A stretch of 64,000 bases of DNA, from positions 64,001 to 128,000 of the forward strand of contig CAVRBU010000013.1 of assembly GCA_963719315.1 (NCBI GenBank), given 5' to 3'. The translations under genes and the position numbers were made by a program. The stretch's first letter is position 1. Each line of letters opens with the position of its first letter. Source of the stretch: an uncultured Planctomycetota bacterium (GTDB lineage Bacteria; Planctomycetota; Planctomycetia; Pirellulales; Lacipirellulaceae). The notes under the pieces are model-generated. The model saw nothing but the letters and a program-made list of their open reading frames with translations, was not told where the DNA came from and did not search any database. Positions 11,510-23,153 of this stretch are shown here, one piece after another.

Positions 11510-12589
11510 ATGGCCGACGTGCCGGTTACCCGCGAAATCGTCGAAAGAATCCTGGCCGAGCTTCCCGACCCGGAAACCGGCCGCAGCTTGGCTCGGATGG
11601 AACAGATTCGGCATATCGGAGTCGATGGCCGCGGCGTCGAGGTCACGCTCGGACTAACCACGTGGGCCAGCCTGCTGTGGGATGAAACTCGCGACGAGGC
11701 TGAGCGTCTGCTCTGCGAGAAGTTGCCGCCGGGCACCAATATACGCGTGCGTGTCGTCGAATTCGTGCGTCCGCCGGAACGAATCGGGGAAATTGGCCTC
11801 ACCGCTAAGAGCGTGATCGCCGTCGGCTCCGGTAAGGGGGGTGTCGGAAAGAGCACGATCGCCGCGTCGCTGGCGTACGGTTTGAAGAATAGTGGCGCGG
11901 CCGTCGGCCTGATGGATGCCGACGTGTACGGCCCCAGCATTCCGCACCTGCTCGGCGTTAACGAGCGGCCGCACTTAGAGAATAACCGGCTACAGCCAAT
12001 TGTGAAGGACGATCTGAAAGTGATGAGCATGGGCTTCCTGGTGCCGCCGGGCGAAGCCGTCGTGTGGCGCGGGCCGATGCTCCACGGGGCAATCACTCAA
12101 TTCCTCCGCGATACCGATTGGGGCCTGCTCGACTACCTGATCATCGACATGCCGCCCGGAACCGGCGACATTGCCCTGACGCTTTCGCAAATCCTCCCAC
12201 TCACGGGGGCGGTGGTCGTCTGTACGCCGCAAGATGTGGCCCTGCTCGATGCGGTGAAGGCGATCGCGATGTTCCGGAAGGTACACATTCCCATGCTGGG
12301 AATGGTCGAAAACATGAGTTATTTCATTTGCCCCGATTGCGGACATCGGTACGACATCTTCGGCTCGGGCGGCGCCGAGCGCCGCGCCGCCGAGTTGGAT
12401 GTGCCGTTTCTGGGCGGCGTGCCGATTAGCATCGGCATTCGCGAACGCGGCGACGCTGGCAACACGGCCGGCAATTTTGGCGACGAATCGACGGCCAGCT
12501 ACTTCCGCGATATCTGCTCTCGCCTGGTGCGGCAAATCAGTTCCAAACACAAAGCCGAGCCGCCCCTTCCAACGCTGAACGTGCTGTAA
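11510..12589 (+). CDS. mrp: Mrp/ApbC (NBP35) Fe-S cluster carrier ATPase
   Basis: GSGKGGVGKST, DADVYGPS, WRGPM, DMPPGTGD and ENMS..CPDC motifs. Confidence 0.95.
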   Translation: MADVPVTREIVERILAELPDPETGRSLARMEQIRHIGVDGRGVEVTLGLTTWASLLWDETRDEAERLLCEKLPPGTNIRVRVVEFVRPPERIGEIGLTAKSVIAVGSGKGGVGKSTIAASLAYGLKNSGAAVGLMDADVYGPSIPHLLGVNERPHLENNRLQPIVKDDLKVMSMGFLVPPGEAVVWRGPMLHGAITQFLRDTDWGLLDYLIIDMPPGTGDIALTLSQILPLTGAVVVCTPQDVALLDAVKAIAMFRKVHIPMLGMVENMSYFICPDCGHRYDIFGSGGAERRAAELDVPFLGGVPISIGIRERGDAGNTAGNFGDESTASYFRDICSRLVRQISSKHKAEPPLPTLNVL

Positions 12590-12617
12590 ATAAAGCTATA
12601 AATACGCGCACAAAATT

Positions 12618-12648
12618 AGAGCCGCCAGGTTGCACCCGGCGGCTCTTT
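12618..12648. terminator. Putative rho-independent terminator hairpin
   Basis: AGAGCCGCC...GGCGGCTCT stem followed by TT, between convergent genes. Confidence 0.6.
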
Positions 12649-12728
12649 CCCGTTAGTTCACGCGGCGGAGAAAACAACTGGGGTTCTCTATACGCCGAGG
12701 CAAGTTACTTGGGCTAAATAGCCTTCAG

Positions 12729-12839
12729 TTACTTTTTCGCCTTTTTGGTCTTCTTCTTCGCGGCCTTCTTCTTTCGGCCTTTCTTCTTCGTCGTCTTCTT
12801 GGCTGCCTTCTTCTTGGCGGCTCTCTTCTTCTTGGCCAC
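12729..12839 (-). CDS. 36-aa Lys/Ala-rich histone H1-like peptide
   Basis: GTG start preceded by GGAGGAG; MAKKKRAAKKKAAKKTTKKKGRKKKAAKKKTKKAKK then TAA. Confidence 0.8.
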   Translation of the reverse strand: MAKKKRAAKKKAAKKTTKKKGRKKKAAKKKTKKAKK

Positions 12840-13189
12840 AGTCACTCCTCCATAAAAAGGTTTTGGTGATCTACCGGCTGACACACCAATTCAAACTCAC
12901 AGCCGACATCACCGACTAAAAACTAGCTACCGTATCCGCGGTAGCTCCGGTAACTCGCATTTCATTTCGCAGGCGAATCGAAATGTCCTCATCAACCCGC
13001 AACGATTTGAAATGCGTGAAAACCGATGTCACTTGTTCGTAGTTGTACGAAATTGTTGGAATTGTGCAACACGATTTTGCAAAAATTTTTGCTCTCTGCA
13101 AAAAATTTTCCCGGCGATGCGCTCTTTCAATCCCTTGTTCGACTCGATTCGCGCGCCAAATCGGTCCGCTCCGCGCTCTCGCGCAGACA

Positions 13190-13999
13190 TCAATACAAGG
13201 AGATCGTTGTGCCATCGCAAAATCGACCGCACGGTTGCGTTTCGCCCAGCGCAATTCCAAATCGCGACCACTCGTAAGGCGCCAAAGCGGCCAGGTAGGC
13301 AGTCGTCCACAGCGACGATCGCCCGGGTGCTCGCGGTTCGCCGGTCGGCTTCCAACAGGCGAGCAACTTGGACCACGCCGCGCGCTGGCCGCGTCGCCTG
13401 AGATGAATCGGATCGAATCCGTACCACGAAGTCGACACTGGAATTACCGAGATTTTCCGCGTTTCCCCCAATTCGACGAGCCGCTCGTTGACTTCGCGGA
13501 CGAGTCGCTTCGCGTCTGCCAGAGTGAGCGTGCTACGCGGAAAAAGCATTCGTCGAAAGAACCGAAATCGCCGTTCGCCGAGTCCTTCGATGGTTCCGAC
13601 CGGCATCTGCGTGACGACCGTTGCTGCGCCGGCGTCCTCAAGTTGATCCAGGCAGCGTTCGACCCAATCCATCAGCCGATCGGGCGTTGCGCCGTACAAT
13701 AAATCGTTGCCGATATCGGTTACGAGCGCCGTCGTGGGTAACTTTGCGCGACAGTGTAAATCTTGCCAAAGCGCGCAGGGAAAAATTCCAGGAAATTTTC
13801 TCCCCAACACGGCAGATTGTTGCCCATACGACCTTCCATGTCCCATTGCGACCATGAATTCGATCGGTTCGGACCACGTGCGACGCACCATGTCGACGAC
13901 CGTCGGGAACGACCGCGTGAGATTACTCGCGCCCAATAAGACGACGCGCCGGGTGGGAGATCCATGTCCCGCCGCTTGCGGCTTAGCGTGGCCAAACAT
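13190..13999 (-). CDS. Hypothetical protein, SGNH/GDSL-hydrolase-like
   Basis: VVLLGASNLT, DIGND and GFDPIH blocks; start adjacent to the upstream gene's stop. Confidence 0.65.
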   Translation of the reverse strand: MFGHAKPQAAGHGSPTRRVVLLGASNLTRSFPTVVDMVRRTWSEPIEFMVAMGHGRSYGQQSAVLGRKFPGIFPCALWQDLHCRAKLPTTALVTDIGNDLLYGATPDRLMDWVERCLDQLEDAGAATVVTQMPVGTIEGLGERRFRFFRRMLFPRSTLTLADAKRLVREVNERLVELGETRKISVIPVSTSWYGFDPIHLRRRGQRAAWSKLLACWKPTGEPRAPGRSSLWTTAYLAALAPYEWSRFGIALGETQPCGRFCDGTTISLY

Positions 14000-14000
14000 C

Positions 14001-14723
14001 TCACCGCCAATGATTCCGATAGAACTGAATGGCCTGGAAACTGCCATACGCCAGAAAGCCGAACATTAGGCCCAAGTAGAATTCGTGCCGCACCAACGCA
14101 TAGGCGGCAATCAAAACAGCGGCGCCCGCCGACAAATACAGCGACTGAATCGTGCCAGTGCGCGAATTCCACAGTAGAAAGAGCTGGCGTGCGATCTGGC
14201 CCCCATCGAGGGGATAGATGGGCAGCAGATTTACCAAACCCCAGGCGATATTCACGAACATCAAATACCAGATAACGTAGTCCACCCACGACCCGAACAA
14301 TGACCATCGCACGGGAACCCAGTCCAGTTCAAATCCGCGAAATCGTTGCAGCGCAATGAGTATCGACACGACAAACCCGGCAAAGAAAAAGCCGGCCAAT
14401 GGCCCGGCCAGCGAAATAATAATCTGGCTGCGGGGCCTGCGGTCGCAGTCGTTGCACGAAGCCAGGCCGCCAAAGCTGTAGAGCGTGATCCACGGATGGC
14501 CGCCGAAATACTGCTGCACAACGGCATGTCCCAGTTCGTGGACTAGAATCGACACGAAGACGACCACAACCCAAATAAGCGCCATCAGCGGGTCTACCCG
14601 TTCGCTTCCGCCCATCGACAGGAGGATCGTCACCAACCAAAAAAGCGGGTGAACGCGGACCGGAAAGCCAAAAATCCGGAAATGGAGGTCGGCCTGGGTG
14701 GGTGGTGGCTCGCTGAGAAACAT
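14001..14723 (-). CDS. Site-2 protease (M50) family membrane metalloprotease
   Basis: HELGH, LAGP and NLLPIYPLDGG motifs; several TM segments. Confidence 0.92.
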   Translation of the reverse strand: MFLSEPPPTQADLHFRIFGFPVRVHPLFWLVTILLSMGGSERVDPLMALIWVVVVFVSILVHELGHAVVQQYFGGHPWITLYSFGGLASCNDCDRRPRSQIIISLAGPLAGFFFAGFVVSILIALQRFRGFELDWVPVRWSLFGSWVDYVIWYLMFVNIAWGLVNLLPIYPLDGGQIARQLFLLWNSRTGTIQSLYLSAGAAVLIAAYALVRHEFYLGLMFGFLAYGSFQAIQFYRNHWR

Positions 14724-14828
14724 CAGACCATACCGCGAATTACGTGGATCGAAGCGCGAACTCGCACTATTCGATCAGCAACCTGCAAGAAGTTCAACCG
14801 CCAGGGCGGTAAGTCCGAAATCGCCCGC

Positions 14829-16085
14829 TCAAGCCGCGTCGCTAATTGTTGCCGGCGCAGATGTCGCGAACGGATAGTGCGTCCGCAAAGCGGGTTTCTG
14901 CCGCGCGTCCAGAACTTGCAGCATATAGTCAGCGGCCTGGCGAGAGGCCCCTCCGTGCCCCACCCGCTCGTTAAGCTCTGCCAGTTGGGCCACCCGGGCG
15001 GCCCGCTTGGCCGGTTCGGTAAGCCATTCGATCACGTGGGAGGCCACCTGGCCCGATTTGTCGCGGCACGTGAGGTACTCCGGCATGAGCACGTGGGCAT
15101 CAACCGGGTCATTCGGATCGTAAATCGCTACGCGCTTCGGAAACAAATCCGTGGCCGTCAGTAAATTCACGAGCGTGATGTAGCGAACCTTGCGGAAGAA
15201 CGTCTGCACGAAGTACGCCAGGCGCGAAATATAGTACAGGACCACCGTCGGCTTTGTGTGATAAAGCAGTTCCAGAGACACCGAGCCTGAAACCGCCATC
15301 GCGCAATCGGCAGCTTCGATGATTTCCGCCGTGCGGCCGACAAGCACCTCCACCGGCAAGCCACTGCCTTCAATGGCGTTGCGTGCCAATTCGGCCTGGC
15401 TTGGCTTAAACGATGCGATCGCAAACCGCGCGCTCGGCACGCGATCGTGGATGATCTTGGCCGCCTTCAGAAAGTACCCGAGATTGCTCTTCACCTCTTG
15501 TGTGCGCGAGCCGGGCAGAATGGCCACAAGCGATCCGTCGCCGGATCGCAATTGCTCGATGAACTTCGCATCCAACTGCTCGGCCCGCAATTGATCGAAA
15601 TACGGATGGCCTACGAACGTGGCGTTGCAGCCGCGCTCGCGATACCAGGCCACTTCGAATGGCAATTTGCAGAGCACGTGATCGACAAACCGTCGCATTT
15701 TTTTCACGCGCCAGCCCGCCCACGCCCAAAGTTGGGGCACGCCGTAGTAGAAAACGGGAATCCCGTGCGCCTTGGCCCGCCGGGCAATCCACCAATTGAA
15801 ACCGGGATAATCGATGAGCACCACCGCATCCGGCCGATGCTGGCGGAAATATCGATCCGCCCGGCTCGCCAGGTTCCAGAACTTGTGAATGTTCAAAAGC
15901 ACGTGCAGCAGCCACATCACCGCAAGTTTTGTGAGATCTTCATGCAACGAGCAGCCAGCCGCCGCCATCCGTGGCCCGCCATAACCAACACACTCGCAAT
16001 CCGGCCGCCGCTGCCGCAGTTCGCGCACCAGATTGGCGCCGTGCAAATCGCCACTCGGCTCACCAACGGAAAAAAAGATCTTCAT
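14829..16085 (-). CDS. lpxB: Lipid-A-disaccharide synthase
   Basis: MKIFFSVGEPSGDLHG, IDYPGFN, PQLWAW, FVGHP and LPGSR motifs. Confidence 0.95.
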   Translation of the reverse strand: MKIFFSVGEPSGDLHGANLVRELRQRRPDCECVGYGGPRMAAAGCSLHEDLTKLAVMWLLHVLLNIHKFWNLASRADRYFRQHRPDAVVLIDYPGFNWWIARRAKAHGIPVFYYGVPQLWAWAGWRVKKMRRFVDHVLCKLPFEVAWYRERGCNATFVGHPYFDQLRAEQLDAKFIEQLRSGDGSLVAILPGSRTQEVKSNLGYFLKAAKIIHDRVPSARFAIASFKPSQAELARNAIEGSGLPVEVLVGRTAEIIEAADCAMAVSGSVSLELLYHTKPTVVLYYISRLAYFVQTFFRKVRYITLVNLLTATDLFPKRVAIYDPNDPVDAHVLMPEYLTCRDKSGQVASHVIEWLTEPAKRAARVAQLAELNERVGHGGASRQAADYMLQVLDARQKPALRTHYPFATSAPATISDAA

Positions 16086-16170
16086 TGCGCATACACCTCT
16101 GGCCCAGAACACCGATCGCCGCAATACAAGCGGGGCGGAAGTATGGCAAAATGCGCAAGTGGGGGAAAGC

Positions 16171-16738
16171 TCAGTTCGCTACGAGCTTCGCGATATTTTC
16201 GAGCATCATTTCCAAATAACTGCGGCGCTCAGAAGAACCCAGTCCGAGTTCGGTCGCCAGCGTGGAAATCACACGCTTCGCCTCATCGAGGCCGCTCTCA
16301 TCCGCCATGAGCTCCAATTCGACATATGTGCCGACGCCGTCCACTTCATCGAGCGCCTCCTTCGACCCGGCGGCCACATGCATCGAGCGAAAACGATCGC
16401 CGCCGCTTGCGTACAACGTCCACCGGTCGGAAACCAAGCGCCTGTAGCAGTTCAGTAAGCTGCAGTCCGTCCGCATCGCTGGCGTCCAGCGGCAACTCCA
16501 ACTCCCGGCGCGTCTTGGTCGCCGCATCGAGCTTCGGGCCCTTGAACGTCACGAAACTCTTGTCACCCACCGTGCGAATCCGGAGCGCTTCGTCGGTCTG
16601 CGAAAAATCGCGGCACGGATGCGCGAAGTACCGATCCGCCTGCTCGACTGGCGGACCAACCACAATCCCGCGCTCAGCCAGCCGTTCCTCCAGCGATCGC
16701 ACGTCTGGCACAGAATGCTTTTGCTCTACTTCATACAT
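16171..16738 (-). CDS. CYTH-domain protein (class IV adenylate cyclase-like); apparent frameshift near 16355
   Basis: MYEVEQK (ExExK), ALRIR, TFKGP and RRELE motifs; C-terminal ALDEVDGVGTYVELE..RRSYLEM lies in another frame. Confidence 0.85.
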
Positions 16739-16745
16739 AGGAATT

Positions 16746-16869
16746 AACCACGGAGGGACGGAGTAAACGGAGAAATACTCAAAAGTGAAATCGATAACTT
16801 ACAAATTGCGTCGTTCAATTTGCAATTTACCTTACTTCCTCTTCTCGGTGACCTCCGTGCCTCCGTGGT
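16746..16869. repeat. Inverted-repeat element (ACCACGGAGG..CCTCCGTGGT family)
   Basis: The same arms recur at 48641-48797. Confidence 0.65.
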
Positions 16870-16892
16870 AAAACAATTTCAGCACGACCAAC

Positions 16893-18311
16893 CTAATCAC
16901 GCAAATAAATCGGGCGGTCAATGGAAGCGGGACGATCGGCGCGGGCCGCGACGCCTTCCGCATCCAGCGCCCACAATGGATCGATCTCCACGGCCACACG
17001 GTCCGCAACGCGGGTGCCGGCGGCTTCCAACCACTTGCGGTGCTGAGCGATCATAAATCGTTGCACGTGCTCGGGGGTGTCGCGATCTGCGCCGGGTGCG
17101 TTTTTGAGCGGGGCAAACACGTCGGCCTCTGCAAATTCTACCACCAGCGGATTCTTTGCATGCGGCAATAAATCGAAGATGAACCGCTCGAACTTGAGCG
17201 CGTTCGGCTCCCTTGGCTCAACGAGTCGCCCCGATTCGTCAACATACGGCACCTTTTTATGTGCAATATGAAATGGAAGCGCATCCTTCAGCGCGAGCGC
17301 TCGCTCTAAAAACGCCACATTAAACATATGCACCGCGATGCTACCGGCCCAAAACTTTAGCGAGCCGCTCGCGTCGCGCTTCTCGGCCACCTCATCCGGC
17401 AAGTCGCTGTACTCGATCACTTGCATTTGGCCGTCGATCACTGCGAACACACCGAGCCGATCTCTAGGCGTTTGCTTGGCAATTGCCATCGATGTCAGAT
17501 CGGACTGGGCAAGTAAGTGGTAGCCGATAAACTCCGCGTCACAAATCGGTGCCAGCGGATTATCGACTTGCAGATAAAATAAGTGTTCGATGCCCCGCCG
17601 CTGCATGTGCTCGATCGCCCCACTCGCCGCGAGAGCTGCCACCGTGCCACCGTGGCCATCGGGGCTGAGGAACAGTGAATCCTTCGCGGCCAACAGCAAC
17701 TTGCCGTTCGTTGCGTCCACGGCCGGCATCGTGCCTTGGCAGAATAGCAGGACATCATCTTTCGGCAGCCCGAAGCGCTGATGCGCTTGCAAGAACTCCG
17801 ATTGCTCGTCATGCGTCACCGGGCTCGTCATCATATAGATGGGCACACTCGCGCCGTACCGACGCGCGGCAGCCAGCGCTTTCTGGAAATGAATCTGCAG
17901 CAGCGGAGCGCCAGACACCGGTCCAATAGGGAACAGTCCCTTCGGATGCTCGAATCCCAACCGGCTTCCCTGTCCACCGGCCAAGAGGAGCACACCAATC
18001 TTTCCGGCGCTTACCGCTTCGTTCGCGCGCTTACGCGCATCGCTCGCCGTAAATTGACCGCCGCCGCTCTTTCGATCGGCCAGCCGCATCGCCGGCGGCG
18101 GCGATGCCCGTCGCGCAGTCGTCGCCCAATCGCAAGTGCCGGCGCCTTGGCGACACAGCATCGCAATCTGCTCAAAATCGACTGACCCGACCTGCGACGC
18201 CAATCGCCGACGAGCTTCTACATCCAGTTCGTCCCAAAAACCTAGCAAATGCGCTTGGCCAAACTTCGCCAACTGGCGGGACAACTCTTCGCGTGTTGGC
18301 GTTTCGACCAT
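16893..18311 (-). CDS. UDPGP-type uridylyltransferase (UDP-GlcNAc pyrophosphorylase-like)
   Basis: LLAGGQGSRLG..PKG, PDGHGG, QVDNPL, IEYSD, KFERFIFD and FAPLKN motifs. Confidence 0.9.
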   Translation of the reverse strand: MVETPTREELSRQLAKFGQAHLLGFWDELDVEARRRLASQVGSVDFEQIAMLCRQGAGTCDWATTARRASPPPAMRLADRKSGGGQFTASDARKRANEAVSAGKIGVLLLAGGQGSRLGFEHPKGLFPIGPVSGAPLLQIHFQKALAAARRYGASVPIYMMTSPVTHDEQSEFLQAHQRFGLPKDDVLLFCQGTMPAVDATNGKLLLAAKDSLFLSPDGHGGTVAALAASGAIEHMQRRGIEHLFYLQVDNPLAPICDAEFIGYHLLAQSDLTSMAIAKQTPRDRLGVFAVIDGQMQVIEYSDLPDEVAEKRDASGSLKFWAGSIAVHMFNVAFLERALALKDALPFHIAHKKVPYVDESGRLVEPREPNALKFERFIFDLLPHAKNPLVVEFAEADVFAPLKNAPGADRDTPEHVQRFMIAQHRKWLEAAGTRVADRVAVEIDPLWALDAEGVAARADRPASIDRPIYLRD

Positions 18312-18427
18312 CAAAGAATCCACCCCTTCACCCACGCATACGCCAGCAAACACAACAGCGGAAACAGCACGAATACGGTTGCATACGTGAAGATCGAAGT
18401 CCAGATGTGGCGTGGCCAACGTGCCAT
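18311..18427 (-). CDS. Putative 38-aa single-TM peptide
   Basis: MARWPRHIWTSIFTYATVFVLFPLLCLLAYAWVKGWIL; TGATG overlap with the next start. Confidence 0.45.
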   Translation of the reverse strand: MARWPRHIWTSIFTYATVFVLFPLLCLLAYAWVKGWIL

Positions 18428-18570
18428 TAAGATGCGATGGCGGTGCAAGAAACGGCGGTAACGCTTGCCGATGTGTCTCACCCTACAGCGCGAGCTCCAG
18501 CGTGAAAACCCAGGCAATCGCCATTGGCCTGGGCGAAAGCTACGAAAGCTACAAGCGTCCAATTCGGCCG

Positions 18571-18600
18571 TTGCCCTTACCGCCGATCGGCTCGTATAAT
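18571..18600 (+). promoter_or_regulatory. Putative sigma70 promoter for metK
   Basis: TTGCCC-N18-TATAAT about 105 nt upstream of the metK start. Confidence 0.5.
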
Positions 18601-18706
18601 CAAAGTTTCCAAAAGAAGAGCGGCAATTCTCTTCGGCGGGACGCGGAACTACCGTCAACTCTCACCTCCTCACATCAGCAACATCAGCAACATCAGGAGC
18701 GCACAC

Positions 18707-19894
<1,188 letters not shown>

Positions 19895-19907
19895 AGGGAA
19901 AGGCGTT

Positions 19908-20666
19908 ATGCGTGCCACGGACGGCACATTGCGATTCATGCCGATCGATGGCAACCGCCATCGTATCGTTTCGAAGTTCGTCGCGACTTCTACCTTTTTG
20001 GCACTGGTGATCGGCGTCTTCCTGCTCGCCCGCCGCATGACCGGCGCTTTTTCTTCGCCGCTACCCATACCGCAGCTTATGTCAACGGCTTTTGTCGCCA
20101 CTGCTTGGGCCGTGATGGTTCGCGATCTTTCCCAACGCTCACCGTTTTACATTTCGCTGGCGTTAATCGTACTGCTGATCTTCGCCCTGGCCTGTTCCTA
20201 CCCTGGAGCCCGCGTCATCGATTGGCTTATCTGGCCCACTGCACTGTTTGCGACCGTACTATATCCGCCAATCGTGCGGCCTGCCGCCAAGGAACCAGCG
20301 CATAGTAGCAAGCGCTCAACCAATACGCTCGGGGTACATGACGATGTCAAGGAAACAACCGCTGAATTGATCCTGCAACAACTCACGCGCGTGCGCACTG
20401 AGGTTGGCCACGAGGCCATTCGCGGTACGCTCATCGGCGAATTCGTACCCGGCGAACGCCAAGTGACGCTGAACGTTGCCTTCTGCCCTCCATTTGAGCG
20501 GCTGCCGCAAGTCGAGGTCAATGTATCCGATGACTCGGTGCCTACTGTAAAATTGACGCAGGTCCTCCACAACGGCGCACAACTTGAAGTCCGCCTCCCG
20601 CATCCGGCGGCCGAAAACACAACCGTCGCTCTCGAGTTTTTCGCCACCGACGCAAGATCGAATTAG
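19908..20666 (+). CDS. Hypothetical membrane protein
   Basis: About four N-terminal hydrophobic segments; C-terminal AFCPPF domain. Confidence 0.65.
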   Translation: MRATDGTLRFMPIDGNRHRIVSKFVATSTFLALVIGVFLLARRMTGAFSSPLPIPQLMSTAFVATAWAVMVRDLSQRSPFYISLALIVLLIFALACSYPGARVIDWLIWPTALFATVLYPPIVRPAAKEPAHSSKRSTNTLGVHDDVKETTAELILQQLTRVRTEVGHEAIRGTLIGEFVPGERQVTLNVAFCPPFERLPQVEVNVSDDSVPTVKLTQVLHNGAQLEVRLPHPAAENTTVALEFFATDARSN

Positions 20667-20797
20667 CGCAAGTCAACCGCCGCTTGTGGCTTTTCGCGAC
20701 ATCTCCCTGTCCGCGTTGCCGCGTTTCTGGCCGACGGGTATAATCCGCGCAACTTGACCAGCTTTCCGCGATCCCCGGAGATCATACAACGAGCACC

Positions 20798-21277
20798 TTG
20801 CGTATCGGACTTGGCGAAGACTCGCATCGCACGGCCCCCGGCGGCCCGTTGCGACTGGGCGGCATCGATGTGCCGCACGATCGAGGGCTCGTCGGCCATA
20901 GTGACGCCGACGTGCTGCTCCACGCCGTGACCGACGCCCTGCTCGGCGCTGCCGCCCTGCCCGATATCGGCCGATTGTACCCCAATACCGATCCGGCGAA
21001 CCGTGGCCGCGACTCGGCCGACATGCTGCGGGCTGCAGCCGCGCGAGTGAATGAAGCCGGCTACCACGTCGTAAACCTCGATTGCGTCGTCCATGCCGAG
21101 CGGCCAAAGCTGGCCGACTACCACGAGGCCATCCGTCACCGCGTTGCCGGCATCCTGGGGCTGAATCCTCACCAAATTGGAATCAAAGCAAAAACGGGCG
21201 AAGGAGCCGGCCCCGTCGGCCGCGAAGAATTAATCGAAGCCCGTTGCGTAGCACTACTTGAAACCGTTCGTAGCTGA
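20798..21277 (+). CDS. ispF: 2-C-methyl-D-erythritol 2,4-cyclodiphosphate synthase
   Basis: RIGLGEDSH, GHSDADVLLHAVTDALLGA, DIG and KAKTGE motifs. Confidence 0.95.
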   Translation: MRIGLGEDSHRTAPGGPLRLGGIDVPHDRGLVGHSDADVLLHAVTDALLGAAALPDIGRLYPNTDPANRGRDSADMLRAAAARVNEAGYHVVNLDCVVHAERPKLADYHEAIRHRVAGILGLNPHQIGIKAKTGEGAGPVGREELIEARCVALLETVRS

Positions 21278-21322
21278 ACACAAATCCGCAATCCGAAATC
21301 CGAATTCCGCAATCGAAAGACC

Positions 21323-23072
21323 ATGAGCGTCACCACCCAATCAAAATCGAACCGAGTCAAAACCTCCACCACCCACCCCACGCTCCGCGTGTACAACACG
21401 CTCTCGAAACGCAAGGAGCCGTTCGCCACCGTGCGGCCTGGCAAAGTCGGCATCTACCTATGCGGACCGACGGTCTACGATAAGGCTCACATCGGCCACA
21501 TGGTCGGGCCCGTGATCTTCGACTGCATCAAACGCTACCTCACGTACTGCGGGTACGACGTCAACTGGGTCGTCAACATCACCGACGTGGATGACAAACT
21601 CATCAAGAAAGCCAACGAGCGTGGCATTTCGATGCTCGAGGTGGCCGAGGAGAACATTGCCGACTACAACTCGAACCTCGACGCGCTCGGCGTCGATCAG
21701 ATCGACCACTTCCCGCGGGCCACCGAGTGCATGCCGGAGATCATCCAATTCATCGAGTGCCTCGTCGCACGCAAAGTCGCCTACGAATCGGAAGGCGACG
21801 TGTATTTCGACGTCGGCAAAGATCCTGAATATGGAAAGCTCTCGAACCGCTCGATCGAATCGCTACAAGGTGAAGGCGGCGCCGGCGGCGAACGGAAGCG
21901 GCACGTCGCCGATTTCGCACTCTGGAAATCGGCCAAACCTGGCGAGCCGTCGTGGGACAGCCCGTGGGGCGCCGGCCGACCCGGCTGGCACATCGAATGT
22001 TCGGCGATGAGCAAAAAACTGCTGGGCGACACATTCGATATCCATGGCGGCGGCCTCGACTTAGTGTTCCCACACCACGAAAACGAAATCGCTCAAAGCG
22101 AATGTTGCCACAACCAGCCGATGGTTCTCTATTGGGCTCACAATGGCCTGCTGCGCCGGCATAGGCTCCGACAAAATCGGGGGCGGCGACGCCGCTGGCA
22201 AAATGTCTCGCTCCAAAGGCGCCGGCGGCCTCGCCGACCTCATCAAACGCCAAGGCGGCGAACGCATCCGCTTCTTCCTGCTTCGCACCCACTACCGCAG
22301 CACGGTCCTGTTCAACGAACCGGCCATCGAAGAAGCTGGCATCGGCCTGGAAGGCTTCTACCGCCTCTTCAAACGCTACTCGCGCGTCTCCGGAAAAGAT
22401 TTCTACGCCCTCAAACCATCCCAATCGCGCGACGCTGGCGACGTCGCCTCGGCGACCGGTGCTGACGCTGTTCTCCAATCCGCCACAAAGTGCCGCCAAA
22501 AATTCTTCGCCGCGATGGATGACGACTTCAACACCGGCGGCGCCATCGGCGAACTCTTCGAACTGGCAACCATCACCAATAAGTTCTGCGACGAAGCCGA
22601 CCTGGAAAACGAAGGCAAGTCCGACGCAGCCGCCATCGCCAAATTCACGTCGCTTCTCATCACACTCAAAGAGCTTGCGAACATCCTCGGCATCTTCCTC
22701 CAACCGCCGGCGTCAGCCGCCACTTCCGATGATCTCACGGCCAAGATCATGCCCCTCCTCATCGACCTTCGCGCTACCGCCCGCAGAAACAAAAACTTCG
22801 CGGTCGCCGACAAAATCCGCGACGGTCTCGCCCCCCTCGGCATCGTCCTCGAAGACCGCGCCGGCGGCACCGAATGGTCCGCCGCTCAGTTAGCCCCCGG
22901 CGAGTCGCCGGGGGCTAAATCCGACGGCCTGATGCAGCTCCTAATCCAACTCCGCGCGACGGCGCGCGACGCCAAGGACTTCACCACCGCCGACGCCATC
23001 CGCAACGGCCTTACCGCCGTCGTCATCACGCTCGAAGACCGCGCCGGCGGCACGGAATGGTCAAGAGCTTAG
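21323..23072 (+). CDS. cysS: Cysteine-tRNA ligase; apparent frameshift near 22155
   Basis: [30 protein letters not shown] and DIHGGG in one frame; KMSRS and MDDDFNT in the next frame. Confidence 0.93.
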
Positions 23073-23153
23073 GGTCGAGAGTCGAGGGCCAGATCTTCAA
23101 TCATTTTGCCTTTCCTCTGGCTCTTGACTTTCGACCCTAGACTCTCGACTCCT

